A stretch of 64,000 nucleotides of DNA from a bacterium (GTDB taxonomy: Bacteria > Bacillota > Clostridia > Christensenellales > Aristaeellaceae): NCBI GenBank assembly GCA_963624325.1, contig CAVFPH010000001.1, positions 32,211 through 96,210 of the forward strand. Direction: 5' to 3'. The position numbers and the translations under genes are program-made. Under the pieces are notes generated by a model. That model saw only the letters and a program-made list of their open reading frames with translations, made no database searches and was not told the origin of the DNA. Numbering within the stretch: position 1 is the stretch's first letter; each line of letters starts with the position of its first letter. Positions 44,015-53,690 of the stretch are shown here, piece after piece.

Positions 44015-44869
44015 ATGCGATTCGGCCCGGCAGGCAATGCGGAACGGTTTTACGCTGAAGGCTTTAAAAGCAGCATACAGGCACCGGAATGGCTTGCAAA
44101 GCAGGGGCTGACAGCCTATGAGTATTCCTTCGGTCACGGTGTATCGCTGCAGAATGAAACAGCTGCAGCGATTCGGGAACAGGCAGATAAGTGGGGGATT
44201 GCCGTCAGCGTACATGCCCCCTATTATATCAATCTTTCAAACCCGGATCAGAGCAAGCATGAAGCGAGCCTTCGATATATTCTGGATTCAGCTGAAAAGG
44301 CAGCGCTGCTTGGTGCAAGACGGGTGATATTGCATGTGGGATCGGCCATGAAACAGGAACGCAGAGAAGTGCTCCGAACCTGTCAAGCGGGTTTGATCGA
44401 GGCGTACCGCATGTTGGATGAAGCAGGGCTCGGACAGATCATTTTGTGTCCTGAAACCATGGGAAAATACAGCCAGATCGGTGATTTGCGGGAAACGCTG
44501 GATTTTTGCCTGCAGGAAGAGCGGATGCTGCCGTGCATTGATTTTGCACACTTGCATGCACTCGGCGGCGGCAAACTGAACACAACGGAAGATTTCGCTG
44601 CCGTGCTTGACACCATAGAAGGCACAATCGGCATTTCCCGTGCGAGGCATATGCATATCCATTTTTCAACAATCGAATTTACGGCGGCGGGCGAGAAGCG
44701 TCATCACACGTTTGCAGAGGATAAATATGGGCCGCGTTTTGAAAACCTTGCACCGCTCCTGTATGCGCGTGGCTATGACGGAACAGTCATCTGCGAGTGC
44801 AAAGGGACACAGGCAGATGATGCCGTGACAATGCGGCGCATATGGCAGGAGCAGGCAAGGACAGAATAA
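44015..44869 (+). CDS. xylose-isomerase-like TIM-barrel protein (AP endonuclease family 2 / endonuclease IV-like)
   Basis: HAPYYINLSNPD, VILHVGS and HMHIHFS blocks. GGAGGA RBS 6 nt before ATG 44015. Confidence 0.65.
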   Translation: MRFGPAGNAERFYAEGFKSSIQAPEWLAKQGLTAYEYSFGHGVSLQNETAAAIREQADKWGIAVSVHAPYYINLSNPDQSKHEASLRYILDSAEKAALLGARRVILHVGSAMKQERREVLRTCQAGLIEAYRMLDEAGLGQIILCPETMGKYSQIGDLRETLDFCLQEERMLPCIDFAHLHALGGGKLNTTEDFAAVLDTIEGTIGISRARHMHIHFSTIEFTAAGEKRHHTFAEDKYGPRFENLAPLLYARGYDGTVICECKGTQADDAVTMRRIWQEQARTE

Positions 44870-44874
44870 AAGCT

Positions 44875-46470
44875 TTATTTTTTCGAGTAGAATGTGCGCA
44901 TCTTTTGATAACGTTCATAGAGCGGGGCGTAACGCAAATGATTTTCCATATTGGGCAGATAGTGTACAAACTCTTTCGGCGACAGCCGATCTATGGCGGC
45001 CTTCAGCGAAGGATACAGTCCTGCGGCAGCTGCCGCACAGATCGCCGCACCTGCCGCTGCACTGTTTGGCAGTGTGGACACGGCCAATTCCCGTCCCAGG
45101 ATATCCGCATAGCACTGTACCAGCAGGGGGTTCTTTCCTGCAATGCCGCCGCATACGCAGATGCGGTTTACTTTTACTCCGCTGCTTTCTCCGTGTTCCA
45201 ATAACGTGCGTGTGCCGAATGCCGCGGCTTCTATCAGAGAACGGTAAATCTGCTCGGGTGCAGAAGCAAGCGTCAGGCCGCTGATTGCACCGGTCAATGT
45301 CTGATCGACGATTACGCATCGGCTGCCGTTCCACCAATCCAGTGAAACAATGTCATCCGGATTCACAGGCTTTGAAAAGCCCAAGCGTGACAGCAGCGTA
45401 TGTACCGATATGCCCTGCGCCTTTGCTTCCTGCTCATAGCGTGCGGGGACACAGTTGTCTACAAACCAACCGAACATATCGCCCACACCGCTTTGGCAGA
45501 AGTCATAGCCGTAGAGACCGGGTATCATGCTGTCAAAAGCTTGGCCGCAAATGCCGTCAACAGGGTGCCACTCATCGGACAGTACGGCCAAAACACCCGA
45601 TGTACCGATGGTCAACAGCGCATCTCCGCTGTCCTTCAGCCCCATGGAAACCATGGGAATATGGCCGTCCAGCGCTCCCGCTCCGACGGATATTCCGGCA
45701 GGAAGACCGAGAATTTGCGCCCAATGATCTGTCAGCTGTCCCGCCTGAGAACCCCACGGCAAGGCCTTCCCGCGCAGCTTCTCGCTTGCGGAGGCAAGGG
45801 CGGGATGAAGGCCGGCAAAAAACTGCGCATCGGGAAGCGTTTTGCCGTCTGTGCAATAATTTTTTATTCCCATGCTGCCGGCACTGCGGGTAAGCGTACC
45901 GGTCAGCTGCCATGTAATGAACTCATCCAGATCCACATAGGCACTTGCGGCTTCGTACAGTTCCGGGCATTTATGCAGCGTTTCCAGCATTTTCGGATAG
46001 ATGCCCTCGCTGGAGGGATGGCCGCCGCAGGCAGTCAGAAAAGGCTGATTTGCTGCCTGAGCGGCTGCACCGATTTCTTCGGCTTCCTGAGTTGCCGTAT
46101 AGGACTTCCAAAGACGGATATACGCCTGCGGCTCCTTCTTCCATTGATCCTGAAAGCACATCGGCTGCCCGTCTGCATCGCAGGGGAGAACGCTGGAGGA
46201 AGTCGTGTCAACAGCCAAGCCCGCGACATCTTGCGCATCAATTCCCGACTGGGCCAAAGCACCGCGTACGGCGGCGGTTAATGCCTGCAGGTATTCTGCA
46301 GGGTCTGCCAAGGCAGAGCGCGGCGGCAGCGTCACACCGCAGGGAAGTGACCGATCATATACATGATAGCCGCTTTCGGCCATGCCGAGCACTGCACCGG
46401 TCTGCACATCCAAAACAACCGCGCGGCAGGAGAGCGTGCCAAAGTCAATACCGATTGTAAAACGCTTCAA
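44875..46470 (-). CDS. araB: FGGY-family carbohydrate kinase, ribulokinase-like
   Basis: FTIGIDFGTLSCRAVVLDV N-terminus and FGGY C-domain (ICVCGGIAGKNPLLVQCYADILG). TTG 46470 after GAGGGA preferred over the upstream ATG at 46548. Confidence 0.75.
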   Translation of the reverse strand: MKRFTIGIDFGTLSCRAVVLDVQTGAVLGMAESGYHVYDRSLPCGVTLPPRSALADPAEYLQALTAAVRGALAQSGIDAQDVAGLAVDTTSSSVLPCDADGQPMCFQDQWKKEPQAYIRLWKSYTATQEAEEIGAAAQAANQPFLTACGGHPSSEGIYPKMLETLHKCPELYEAASAYVDLDEFITWQLTGTLTRSAGSMGIKNYCTDGKTLPDAQFFAGLHPALASASEKLRGKALPWGSQAGQLTDHWAQILGLPAGISVGAGALDGHIPMVSMGLKDSGDALLTIGTSGVLAVLSDEWHPVDGICGQAFDSMIPGLYGYDFCQSGVGDMFGWFVDNCVPARYEQEAKAQGISVHTLLSRLGFSKPVNPDDIVSLDWWNGSRCVIVDQTLTGAISGLTLASAPEQIYRSLIEAAAFGTRTLLEHGESSGVKVNRICVCGGIAGKNPLLVQCYADILGRELAVSTLPNSAAAGAAICAAAAAGLYPSLKAAIDRLSPKEFVHYLPNMENHLRYAPLYERYQKMRTFYSKK

Positions 46471-46773
46471 ATGAATTCCCTCGCTTTCAAAACATTCCGG
46501 AGGAGAAAAATCACATACATTATATGCGATATGCTTTGTCTGCGTCAACCCGTTTTGAGCATAGATATCCTGTAATCGAGCGATTGAACAAAGCCGTTTT
46601 TTGCTTTTCGGACATGATATTTACCGAATAAACTATTTATGCGGCATGAACAATGTGCTATAATGAAAAAACGGCGATCTGCCTGACAAAGCGCATGAAA
46701 GCTGCAGCATACTTTTGCTGAGAAAGACCCTGGTCATTGCGAACCTTGCAGTGATGCAGTTCGGAGGAATCGT

Positions 46774-49197
46774 ATGTCACACGCTTCTTATGATAAGGAA
46801 TCCATCAAACAGTCCATCATCGGAAAGATTCAGCGATACAACGGCCGAACCCTGTCCGATGCTACGCCGCAGCAGATTTATTTTGCCGTGGCCTCAACCA
46901 TCCGGGATCAGATTATGGAAAAATGGGTGGCTGCCCGAGAACGGGATAAAACCTACATGGGCAAGCGTCTATATTACCTTTCTGTGGAATTTTTGACCGG
47001 TCGCAGCATGCACTGCAACGCCGTAAACCTGTGCACGATGAAAAATGTGCGGGATGCATTGTCTGAGCTTGGCATCAACTGGCGCCATGTGATTCGGGAG
47101 GAGCCGGAACCCGGCCTGGGCAACGGCGGCTTGGGACGCTTGGCAGCCTGCTTTATGGACAGCCTGGCTTCGCTGGAACTGCCGGCGATGGGCTGTACCA
47201 TCCGCTATGAGTACGGGCTGTTCCGTCAGCGCATTGTGGATGGCCAACAGGTGGAAGTGCCCGATAACTGGCTGGATAACGGCAATATCTGGGAAGTGCC
47301 TGCTCCGGATGATACGGTGGAGGTACATTTCGGCGGCTATGTGGAGCCTGTGCGGGAAAACGGCCGTATCAACTACGTGACCAAGAATTATCAAACCGTG
47401 CTTGCAGTGCCCTACGATATGCCCATTGCAGGCTATGACTGTGATACGGTCAACACCCTTCGGATGTGGAGCGCCCGCAGCCCGCACAACAACCTGGATT
47501 TCAGCGCATTTTCGGCAGGCAACTACGAAAAGGCATTGGAATCCGATATGGCAACGGTAATCAGCAAGGTGCTGTATCCGGAGGACAACCATTACGAGGG
47601 GAAAAAGCTGCGTCTGAGTCAGCATTATTTCTTTACCAGTGCCTCTTTGCAATATGCGTTGAAGGATTTCAAACGGCGCTTTGGCACCCGCTTTAATCTG
47701 CTTCCCGAAAAAATAACCGTACAGATCAACGACACACATCCGGGGCTCGCTATCCCGGAACTGATGCGCTTGCTGATGGATGAAGAAGGTTTGGGCTGGG
47801 ATGAAGCGCAGGCAATTGTCAGCAAGACCGTGGCCTATACCAACCATACCGTAATGAGCGAGGCCCTGGAGCGCTGGCCGCAGCAGATGATGCGCGAGCA
47901 GCTTCCCCGCATTTATATGATCCTGGAGGAGATGAACCGCCGCCTCTGTGACCGGCTGTGGAACGCTTTCCCGGGACAATGGGATCGCATTGCACATATG
48001 GCAATCCTGGCATATGACCAGGTGCATATGGCAAATCTTTGTGTGGCGATGAGCTATGCCGTCAATGGTGTAAGCCGTCTGCACGGAGAAATCCTGAAAA
48101 ACGATACCTTCCACGATTACTATACGCTGACGCCCGAAAAATTCACCTATGTCACCAACGGCATTACCCATCGTCGGTGGCTGATGGCGTGCAACACGCA
48201 TCTGCGGGAGCTGATCAACGAGGCAATCGGCGAAAAGTGGTACCGTGAACCGGAACGGCTGGAGGAGCTTCTTCCCTTTGCGGATGACAAGGCCTTCCGT
48301 GAAAAGTTCGACCAGGTAAAGAAATTCAACAAGCACCAGTTCAACCATATGCTGTCCATGCGTCAGAATATGGAAGTGGACGAATCCTTTATGTTTGATG
48401 CGCAGTGCAAGCGCCTTCATGAATACAAGCGGCAGATGCTCAATGCCCTGCATATCCATGTGCTGTATAACCGCATCATGGACGATCCGAATTTCACGAT
48501 GACGCCGCGCGTATTTATCTTTGCCGCCAAGGCCAGCCCGGGCTATTACAAGGCCAAGCTGATCATTCGCTATATCCTGGCACTGAGCAAGATGATTAAT
48601 CACAATCCGCGCGCCAGCAAAATGCTTCGCATTGTCTTTGTGGAAAACTATGATGTCTCCGCGGCTGAGGCGATTATGCCCGCTACCGATCTGTCAGAGC
48701 AGCTTTCCACCGCAGGCAAGGAAGCCAGCGGTACCGGCAACATGAAATTCATGATGAACGGCGCCGTGACCATTGGTACTCTGGACGGCGCAAATGTGGA
48801 AATCTGCGATCAGGTAGGGGACGAAAACATCTACATCTTCGGCATGCGTGCGGATACTGTTGCCACACTTGAAAGCACGGGCAGCTATAATCCCATGACA
48901 ATTTTCGAAAACAATGCGGAAATTCGCCGTGCCTTGACCCAGATGATTGACGGTACACTGATGCCTGATAATCCCGCGGCCCTTCAGGCGTTGTACCATG
49001 ATATGCTCTTTAACGATCATTACTACGTCCTTAAGGACTTCGGCAGCTATTCCATGGCGCAGCGCCGCGTAAATGAGGACTATCAGGATCGGGACAAGTG
49101 GCTGCGCATGGCGGTGATCAATACGGCAAAGTCCGGCATCTTCTCCTCGGATCGCACGATTCGGGAGTATAATGACAAAATCTGGCATCTGAAATAA
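46774..49197 (+). CDS. glgP: glycogen/alpha-glucan phosphorylase
   Basis: 807 aa. PLP-site signature EASGTGNMKFMMNGA. YLSVEFLTGR and GLGNGGLGRLAACF blocks. TGcTATAAT at 46656-46664 upstream. Confidence 0.9.
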   Translation: MSHASYDKESIKQSIIGKIQRYNGRTLSDATPQQIYFAVASTIRDQIMEKWVAARERDKTYMGKRLYYLSVEFLTGRSMHCNAVNLCTMKNVRDALSELGINWRHVIREEPEPGLGNGGLGRLAACFMDSLASLELPAMGCTIRYEYGLFRQRIVDGQQVEVPDNWLDNGNIWEVPAPDDTVEVHFGGYVEPVRENGRINYVTKNYQTVLAVPYDMPIAGYDCDTVNTLRMWSARSPHNNLDFSAFSAGNYEKALESDMATVISKVLYPEDNHYEGKKLRLSQHYFFTSASLQYALKDFKRRFGTRFNLLPEKITVQINDTHPGLAIPELMRLLMDEEGLGWDEAQAIVSKTVAYTNHTVMSEALERWPQQMMREQLPRIYMILEEMNRRLCDRLWNAFPGQWDRIAHMAILAYDQVHMANLCVAMSYAVNGVSRLHGEILKNDTFHDYYTLTPEKFTYVTNGITHRRWLMACNTHLRELINEAIGEKWYREPERLEELLPFADDKAFREKFDQVKKFNKHQFNHMLSMRQNMEVDESFMFDAQCKRLHEYKRQMLNALHIHVLYNRIMDDPNFTMTPRVFIFAAKASPGYYKAKLIIRYILALSKMINHNPRASKMLRIVFVENYDVSAAEAIMPATDLSEQLSTAGKEASGTGNMKFMMNGAVTIGTLDGANVEICDQVGDENIYIFGMRADTVATLESTGSYNPMTIFENNAEIRRALTQMIDGTLMPDNPAALQALYHDMLFNDHYYVLKDFGSYSMAQRRVNEDYQDRDKWLRMAVINTAKSGIFSSDRTIREYNDKIWHLK

Positions 49198-49251
49198 CCG
49201 CAGTTTGCTTGCGGAATGCCAGACGGACGGCTGCGACAAAAACGGCACCTC

Positions 49252-49293
49252 GGTGAGTTCGAAATCCTCCTCACCTAAAACAAAACTAAGGAG
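49252..49293 (+). promoter_or_regulatory. preQ1-I riboswitch (translational, SD-sequestering) upstream of queT
   Basis: P1 GGUGAG/CUCACC with a 12-nt loop starting UUC. A-rich tail UAAAACAAAACUAAGGAG resembles the Bacillus and Thermoanaerobacter preQ1-I aptamers (UAAAAAACUAAGG / UUAACAAAACAAGG). Loop UCCU can pair with the AGGA of the SD. Sits 10 nt before the ATG of a QueT-family gene. Confidence 0.7.
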
Positions 49294-49303
49294 CAATTGA
49301 AAA

Positions 49304-49786
49304 ATGAAAAGGACAACCACGCTGAAACTTGTACAGGCTGCATTGATTGCGGCGATGTATGTTGCCTTGACCTATCTGAGCAATATGGCCGGACTATGGG
49401 AAATCCGCTTTTCAGAAGCGCTGTGTATCCTGCCGTATTTCTCTGCAGCGGCCGTTCCCGGGTTGACAGTCGGCTGCGTACTTGCCAATATCCTGACCGG
49501 CTGCCCGCTGTGGGATGTTGTATTCGGTTCTCTGGCGACATTTGCCGGTGCATACGTTGCCAGAAGTCTGCACAAAAAAAGCTGGTGGTTGGCTCCCTGG
49601 CCGAACATCATCGCCAATACCATTGTCGTTCCGCTGATTCTGCGATATGTTTACACGGATGTATCGGGTTCTTATCCGGCGCTTGTCGCGGTGATCTTTG
49701 CGGGCGAGGTCGTGTCGTCCGGGGTTTTGGGCTATGCGCTGCTGCATATGCTCAAGCACCATACGCGGATTTTCCGCGGTGCCTGA
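49304..49786 (+). CDS. queT: QueT-family queuosine-precursor transporter (ECF S-component-like)
   Basis: About 160-aa polytopic membrane protein KLVQAALIAAMYVALTYLSN...ILPYF...GCVLANIL. Context with the preQ1 riboswitch. Confidence 0.75.
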   Translation: MKRTTTLKLVQAALIAAMYVALTYLSNMAGLWEIRFSEALCILPYFSAAAVPGLTVGCVLANILTGCPLWDVVFGSLATFAGAYVARSLHKKSWWLAPWPNIIANTIVVPLILRYVYTDVSGSYPALVAVIFAGEVVSSGVLGYALLHMLKHHTRIFRGA

Positions 49787-49832
49787 AATGACAAGTCTGC
49801 ATAAAACGAAGTGCTGAAACGGGGGTGGGTGT

Positions 49833-50501
49833 ATGCATGTATACTACTGCAAAAAATGCAAAAAGGACAGCCTTGCGCCCATCTGTGAGCATTGCGGGCA
49901 GCCGATTGCCGCACTCTCCACCAATGAGCGCTTTAAGTGGCGGTCCATCCGCGTGCCGCTTGGGGACGCGCGGGGCATTTGGGGCGCACTGAAAGTGCTG
50001 GCATTGACGGAGATTCTGCTGATCCTCTTTTGCTTTATCGGCGAACTCCTTGTAGCACAGGATAAGCAAATGGCACTGACCATGCTGACGGGCAGCGGCA
50101 TGCTGCCTTGGGCATTGGTTTTCTTCGGCATCGGCGCGGTAATTATTCTGATAACGCTCGGCCTGCAGGGACGCGAGGAAATGCACTACGTGCTGGACAA
50201 AAGCGGAGCACACCTGCAAAAATGGATCGAGCCGAGCCGTATCCGCTGCTATGCGCGGATGCTCCCATATGAAAGCTACAACATTGCCAAGGACAATGAG
50301 GGGAATGCCCGAATGCTGATCGGGGAGGCACACATCCTGTGGGAGGATGTATGCCGATACGAAATCAACAAGCGCGCCTGCCGAATTGACTTGTATCGTC
50401 CCGCAGGATTCCGGTTTATGTCCCTGTATCCGGAACGGGAGGAGCTGGATGCGATTATTGCCTACATCACTCCCAAAATGAAACAATTGGTTCGCAAATA
50501 A
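49833..50501 (+). CDS. hypothetical membrane protein with N-terminal zinc ribbon
   Basis: CxxC-x9-CxxC (YCKKCKKDSLAPICEHCG), two TM helices, and a C-terminal soluble domain of about 110 aa that I cannot assign to a family. Confidence 0.5.
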   Translation: MHVYYCKKCKKDSLAPICEHCGQPIAALSTNERFKWRSIRVPLGDARGIWGALKVLALTEILLILFCFIGELLVAQDKQMALTMLTGSGMLPWALVFFGIGAVIILITLGLQGREEMHYVLDKSGAHLQKWIEPSRIRCYARMLPYESYNIAKDNEGNARMLIGEAHILWEDVCRYEINKRACRIDLYRPAGFRFMSLYPEREELDAIIAYITPKMKQLVRK

Positions 50502-50504
50502 AAC

Positions 50505-50540
50505 AAACGGGCAGATGCTTTTGCGTCTGCCCGTTTACTT
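50505..50540 (+). terminator. probable terminator
   Basis: AAACGGGCAGA - 10 nt - TCTGCCCGTTT (11-bp stem); short T-run only. Confidence 0.5.
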
Positions 50541-50639
50541 GACTAAGGAGAAAACGGAAAAAAAGACATGCGTCTTTTGCCACATGCAGAGAACACGAAC
50601 GATAAAACACGCCGACATAAAAACATACGCAAAACTGTA

Positions 50640-50667
50640 TTGACAAAAGCTATATATCGTGTATAAT
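50640..50667 (+). promoter_or_regulatory. sigma-A promoter of the BMP/purine ABC operon
   Basis: Consensus TTGACA - 16 nt - TATAAT. Confidence 0.5.
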
Positions 50668-50720
50668 ACCAACGTGCCGAACAAACGGCATGAACAACAC
50701 GAACATTTAAGGAGGACTGT

Positions 50721-51803
50721 ATGAAGAAACTTGTTGCCGCAATGCTCTGCCTTGTCCTTGCGATGATGTGCTCCGTTGGCCTTGCAAACGAACCTACCGA
50801 TCCTTCCCAACTGCAAATCGGCGTAATCATGATTGGCGATACCTCCGATATGGGCTTTAACTACAGCCATCTGGTGGGTCTTCAGGAAATGCAAAAGAAG
50901 GTCGGCGTGGCTGACAGCCAGATTACGATCCTCGAAAATGTGGCTGATGACAATACCTGTGCGGATGCAATCAGCGAGCTTATCAGCAACGGCTGCAACG
51001 TGATTATCGGCAACAGCTTCGGATTCCAGACCTACATGTATGAAGCGGCTCAGCAGAATCCCGATGTTCTGTTCTGCCACTACAGCGGCTTGCTGCAGAA
51101 TGATACAAACTTCTGCCGCTTCAATGCCCGCAACTATCAGACCCGTTATCTTCAGGGCATCGCCGCCGCGCTGCGCAGCGAAAGCGGCAAGATCGGCTTT
51201 GTCGGTGCTTTCAAAAATGCCGAGGTCAATGTTTCCCTGAATGCCTACACCCTGGGTGCGCAAAGCATCAATCCCGACATCACTGTTTATGTAAAGTACA
51301 CCAACAGCTGGTATGATCCCGATGGCGAAACCGCCGCTGCCAACGCCCTGATCGACATTGGATGCGATGTAATTTGCCAGTATGTTAATACTACCGGCCC
51401 GCAGACCGCTGCGCAGGAGCGCGGTGTTTGGGGTTTGGGAAGCGATTACGACATGACTGAGTTTGCTCCCGACGCCCACCTGTTCGCGGTTTGCATGGAC
51501 TGGGGCGCGATCTATACCAAGCTGATCAATACCATCGTGGAAGGCAACTTCAACGGCGGCCTGATTTACGGCGATCTCTCTGACGGTACGCTGTATCTGA
51601 CTCCCTACAGCAAGAACATTGCCGAGGGCACTGAAGAGGCTGTCCAGGCGGCGATGGACAAGATGGTAAGCGGCGAGTGGGATGTGTTCTGCCAGGATGT
51701 TTATGATGTGGACGGCAATCTGATTCCCGCTTCCACCTTTACCGATGACTACCTCTACTCCGGCATGACTGATCTGCTGGTTAAGGGCGTCGTGGTAAAG
51801 TAA
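50721..51803 (+). CDS. BMP-family (PnrA/Med-like) ABC substrate-binding protein
   Basis: Signal peptide MKKLVAAMLCLVLAMMCSVGLA. Core IGVIMIGDTSDMGFNYSH...GKIGFVGAFKNAEV typical of basic-membrane-protein nucleoside/purine binders. AAGGAGG RBS. Confidence 0.85.
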   Translation: MKKLVAAMLCLVLAMMCSVGLANEPTDPSQLQIGVIMIGDTSDMGFNYSHLVGLQEMQKKVGVADSQITILENVADDNTCADAISELISNGCNVIIGNSFGFQTYMYEAAQQNPDVLFCHYSGLLQNDTNFCRFNARNYQTRYLQGIAAALRSESGKIGFVGAFKNAEVNVSLNAYTLGAQSINPDITVYVKYTNSWYDPDGETAAANALIDIGCDVICQYVNTTGPQTAAQERGVWGLGSDYDMTEFAPDAHLFAVCMDWGAIYTKLINTIVEGNFNGGLIYGDLSDGTLYLTPYSKNIAEGTEEAVQAAMDKMVSGEWDVFCQDVYDVDGNLIPASTFTDDYLYSGMTDLLVKGVVVK

Positions 51804-51892
51804 TCGAAAACCCTTCAACGGGGATGCGGTAAGTGCCGAATCCCCGTATTCTTTTCTTATTGTATGACTGCATAAACATGAGGGAGCAAGCT

Positions 51893-53674
51893 ATGAAGGT
51901 TATCCGCGACCGAGACTATTCCGCACTGATTGCCGCCGCTACGCAAAAAATCCCGTGCGATCTGACCATCAAAAATGTCAAGCTGGTAAATGTGCTTACC
52001 GGTGAAATCTATCCTGCCAGCGTGGATGTCAAGAATGGCGTTATTGTGCACGTTCAGCCGGGCGATGCATGCGATTCCGTGAGCCTTTCGGTTGTGGATG
52101 GGCAGGGGAAATATCTGCTGCCCGGCTTTGTTGAAATTCATATGCATGTGGAATCCTCTATGCTGACGCCCGAAAGCTTCGGACGGGAGGCAGTGCTTCA
52201 CGGGACTACCAGTGCCATGACCGATCCGCATGAAATCGGCAATGTGTGCGGTATGGAAGGCATCCTGTGGATGGTTGAGGATGCGAAACGCTCCCCAATG
52301 CGTCAGTTTAATCTCGCATCATCCTGTATTCCGGCTGATGCGGAATTTGAAACGGTTCCATTTCCGATCCGCGCGCCGCAAATGGCGCAGCTGCTGGATT
52401 CTGAAGGCATCTACGGCATTGCCGAGGTTATGGACTCCAATGCGGTGATTACAGATCAAAAATTTATGCGGGATATTTTGCAGGAAGGCCGCAAGCGCGA
52501 TGCTGTTATTCAGGGGCATGCTCCCTATGTAACGGGCAGAAATATGTCCGCTTACCGTTTGTCGGGGGTTATGAACACCCATACGGTTCTTAGTGCCGAA
52601 GATGTGCGGGAGTGCATGCGCATCGGCATGCATGCGAATATGCAGTGCTCTTCCCTGTCTACCATGTTCGGACTGCAAAAGATGGTGGCCGGAACCGATG
52701 GAATGCGTTATCAGGATTTTCTTTCCGTATGCACGGATGATGTTCACGCGAAAGACCTGCAGCAGCGCGGTCACGTGAATGCGCTTCTGCGAGCCCTGCT
52801 GGATACGGGGATGAATACCCTGGATGCAATCCGCTGCTGCACGTGGAATCCCGCGCGTGAAACCGGCTTTGAAGATATCGGGGCGATTGCGCCCGGATTT
52901 GCCGCCGATATGCAGCTGGTAGATGAGCTGGACGGCAGAAATCCGGACACGGTATTTGTCGGCGGGAAAATGGTGGTGCAGGGAGGAAAGCTGCTGCTGC
53001 CGAAGGCTGAAGAGCGGGCAACACCCTTTGCTTCCACCGTACAGATAAAGCAGCTGAAGGCAGAGGACTGCCTGTTTGCAGTGCCGGATGAGGATGTGGA
53101 GATTGCCGCTGTTGAATGCGCAAGCGGAAATCGTCTGGAGTTTGCCGCAGAATGGGAAAAACTGCCGATTTCCGATCATGCGGTTGATCTTTCCGATAAG
53201 CCGGATTATTGCTTCGTCGCTGTTTTCAATCGGTTTAACCGCAATACCAAGTGCATTGCCGTGTATAAACATTTCGGATTGAAGGCCGGTGCTATGGCGA
53301 CAACCATTTCTCACGATTGCCATAATATCATCGTTGCCTATCGTGATCCTGCTGATGGTGCTGCGGCTGTCAATCGACTGCGCGAGACGGGCGGCGGCAT
53401 CGTGGCGGTGAAGGATGGTATGGTGATCGGCGAGGTATGCCTGCCCGTCGCGGGCTTGATGGCGGACATTCCCTGCAATGAGCTGGTAGAGCAGCTTGAT
53501 TGCCTTTCCGAGCAGCTGAAGGAAATCTGGACGGAAGATAATCCCTCTCTGCTGAAACTGTCCCTGCTTGCCCTGACGGTGATGCCCGGAATTGCCATGA
53601 CGGATACGGTGATGGTGGATGGAACAACCCGCACGCGCGTACCTTCTTTCCGCAAAAAGCAGGAAAAATGCTGA
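51893..53674 (+). CDS. ade: adenine deaminase (amidohydrolase superfamily)
   Basis: DLTIKNVKLVNVLTGEI, LLPGFVEIHMHVESSM and TSAMTDPHEIGNV blocks. About 593 aa. AGGGAG RBS 6 nt before ATG 51893. Confidence 0.85.
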   Translation: MKVIRDRDYSALIAAATQKIPCDLTIKNVKLVNVLTGEIYPASVDVKNGVIVHVQPGDACDSVSLSVVDGQGKYLLPGFVEIHMHVESSMLTPESFGREAVLHGTTSAMTDPHEIGNVCGMEGILWMVEDAKRSPMRQFNLASSCIPADAEFETVPFPIRAPQMAQLLDSEGIYGIAEVMDSNAVITDQKFMRDILQEGRKRDAVIQGHAPYVTGRNMSAYRLSGVMNTHTVLSAEDVRECMRIGMHANMQCSSLSTMFGLQKMVAGTDGMRYQDFLSVCTDDVHAKDLQQRGHVNALLRALLDTGMNTLDAIRCCTWNPARETGFEDIGAIAPGFAADMQLVDELDGRNPDTVFVGGKMVVQGGKLLLPKAEERATPFASTVQIKQLKAEDCLFAVPDEDVEIAAVECASGNRLEFAAEWEKLPISDHAVDLSDKPDYCFVAVFNRFNRNTKCIAVYKHFGLKAGAMATTISHDCHNIIVAYRDPADGAAAVNRLRETGGGIVAVKDGMVIGEVCLPVAGLMADIPCNELVEQLDCLSEQLKEIWTEDNPSLLKLSLLALTVMPGIAMTDTVMVDGTTRTRVPSFRKKQEKC

Positions 53675-53690
53675 GAATGGCTGCAAGGAG

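Noticed and set aside
49254-49268. tRNA T-arm-like sequence GAGTTCGAAATCC
   Set aside because: There is no acceptor, D or anticodon arm around it. The segment is the P1/loop of the preQ1-I riboswitch hairpin.
50567-50670. Short ORF (MRLLPHAENTNDK...) between the Zn-ribbon gene and the BMP operon
   Set aside because: The nearest AAGGAG is too far upstream (about 16-20 nt). The ORF also runs through the consensus promoter of the BMP operon, so it is most likely non-coding.
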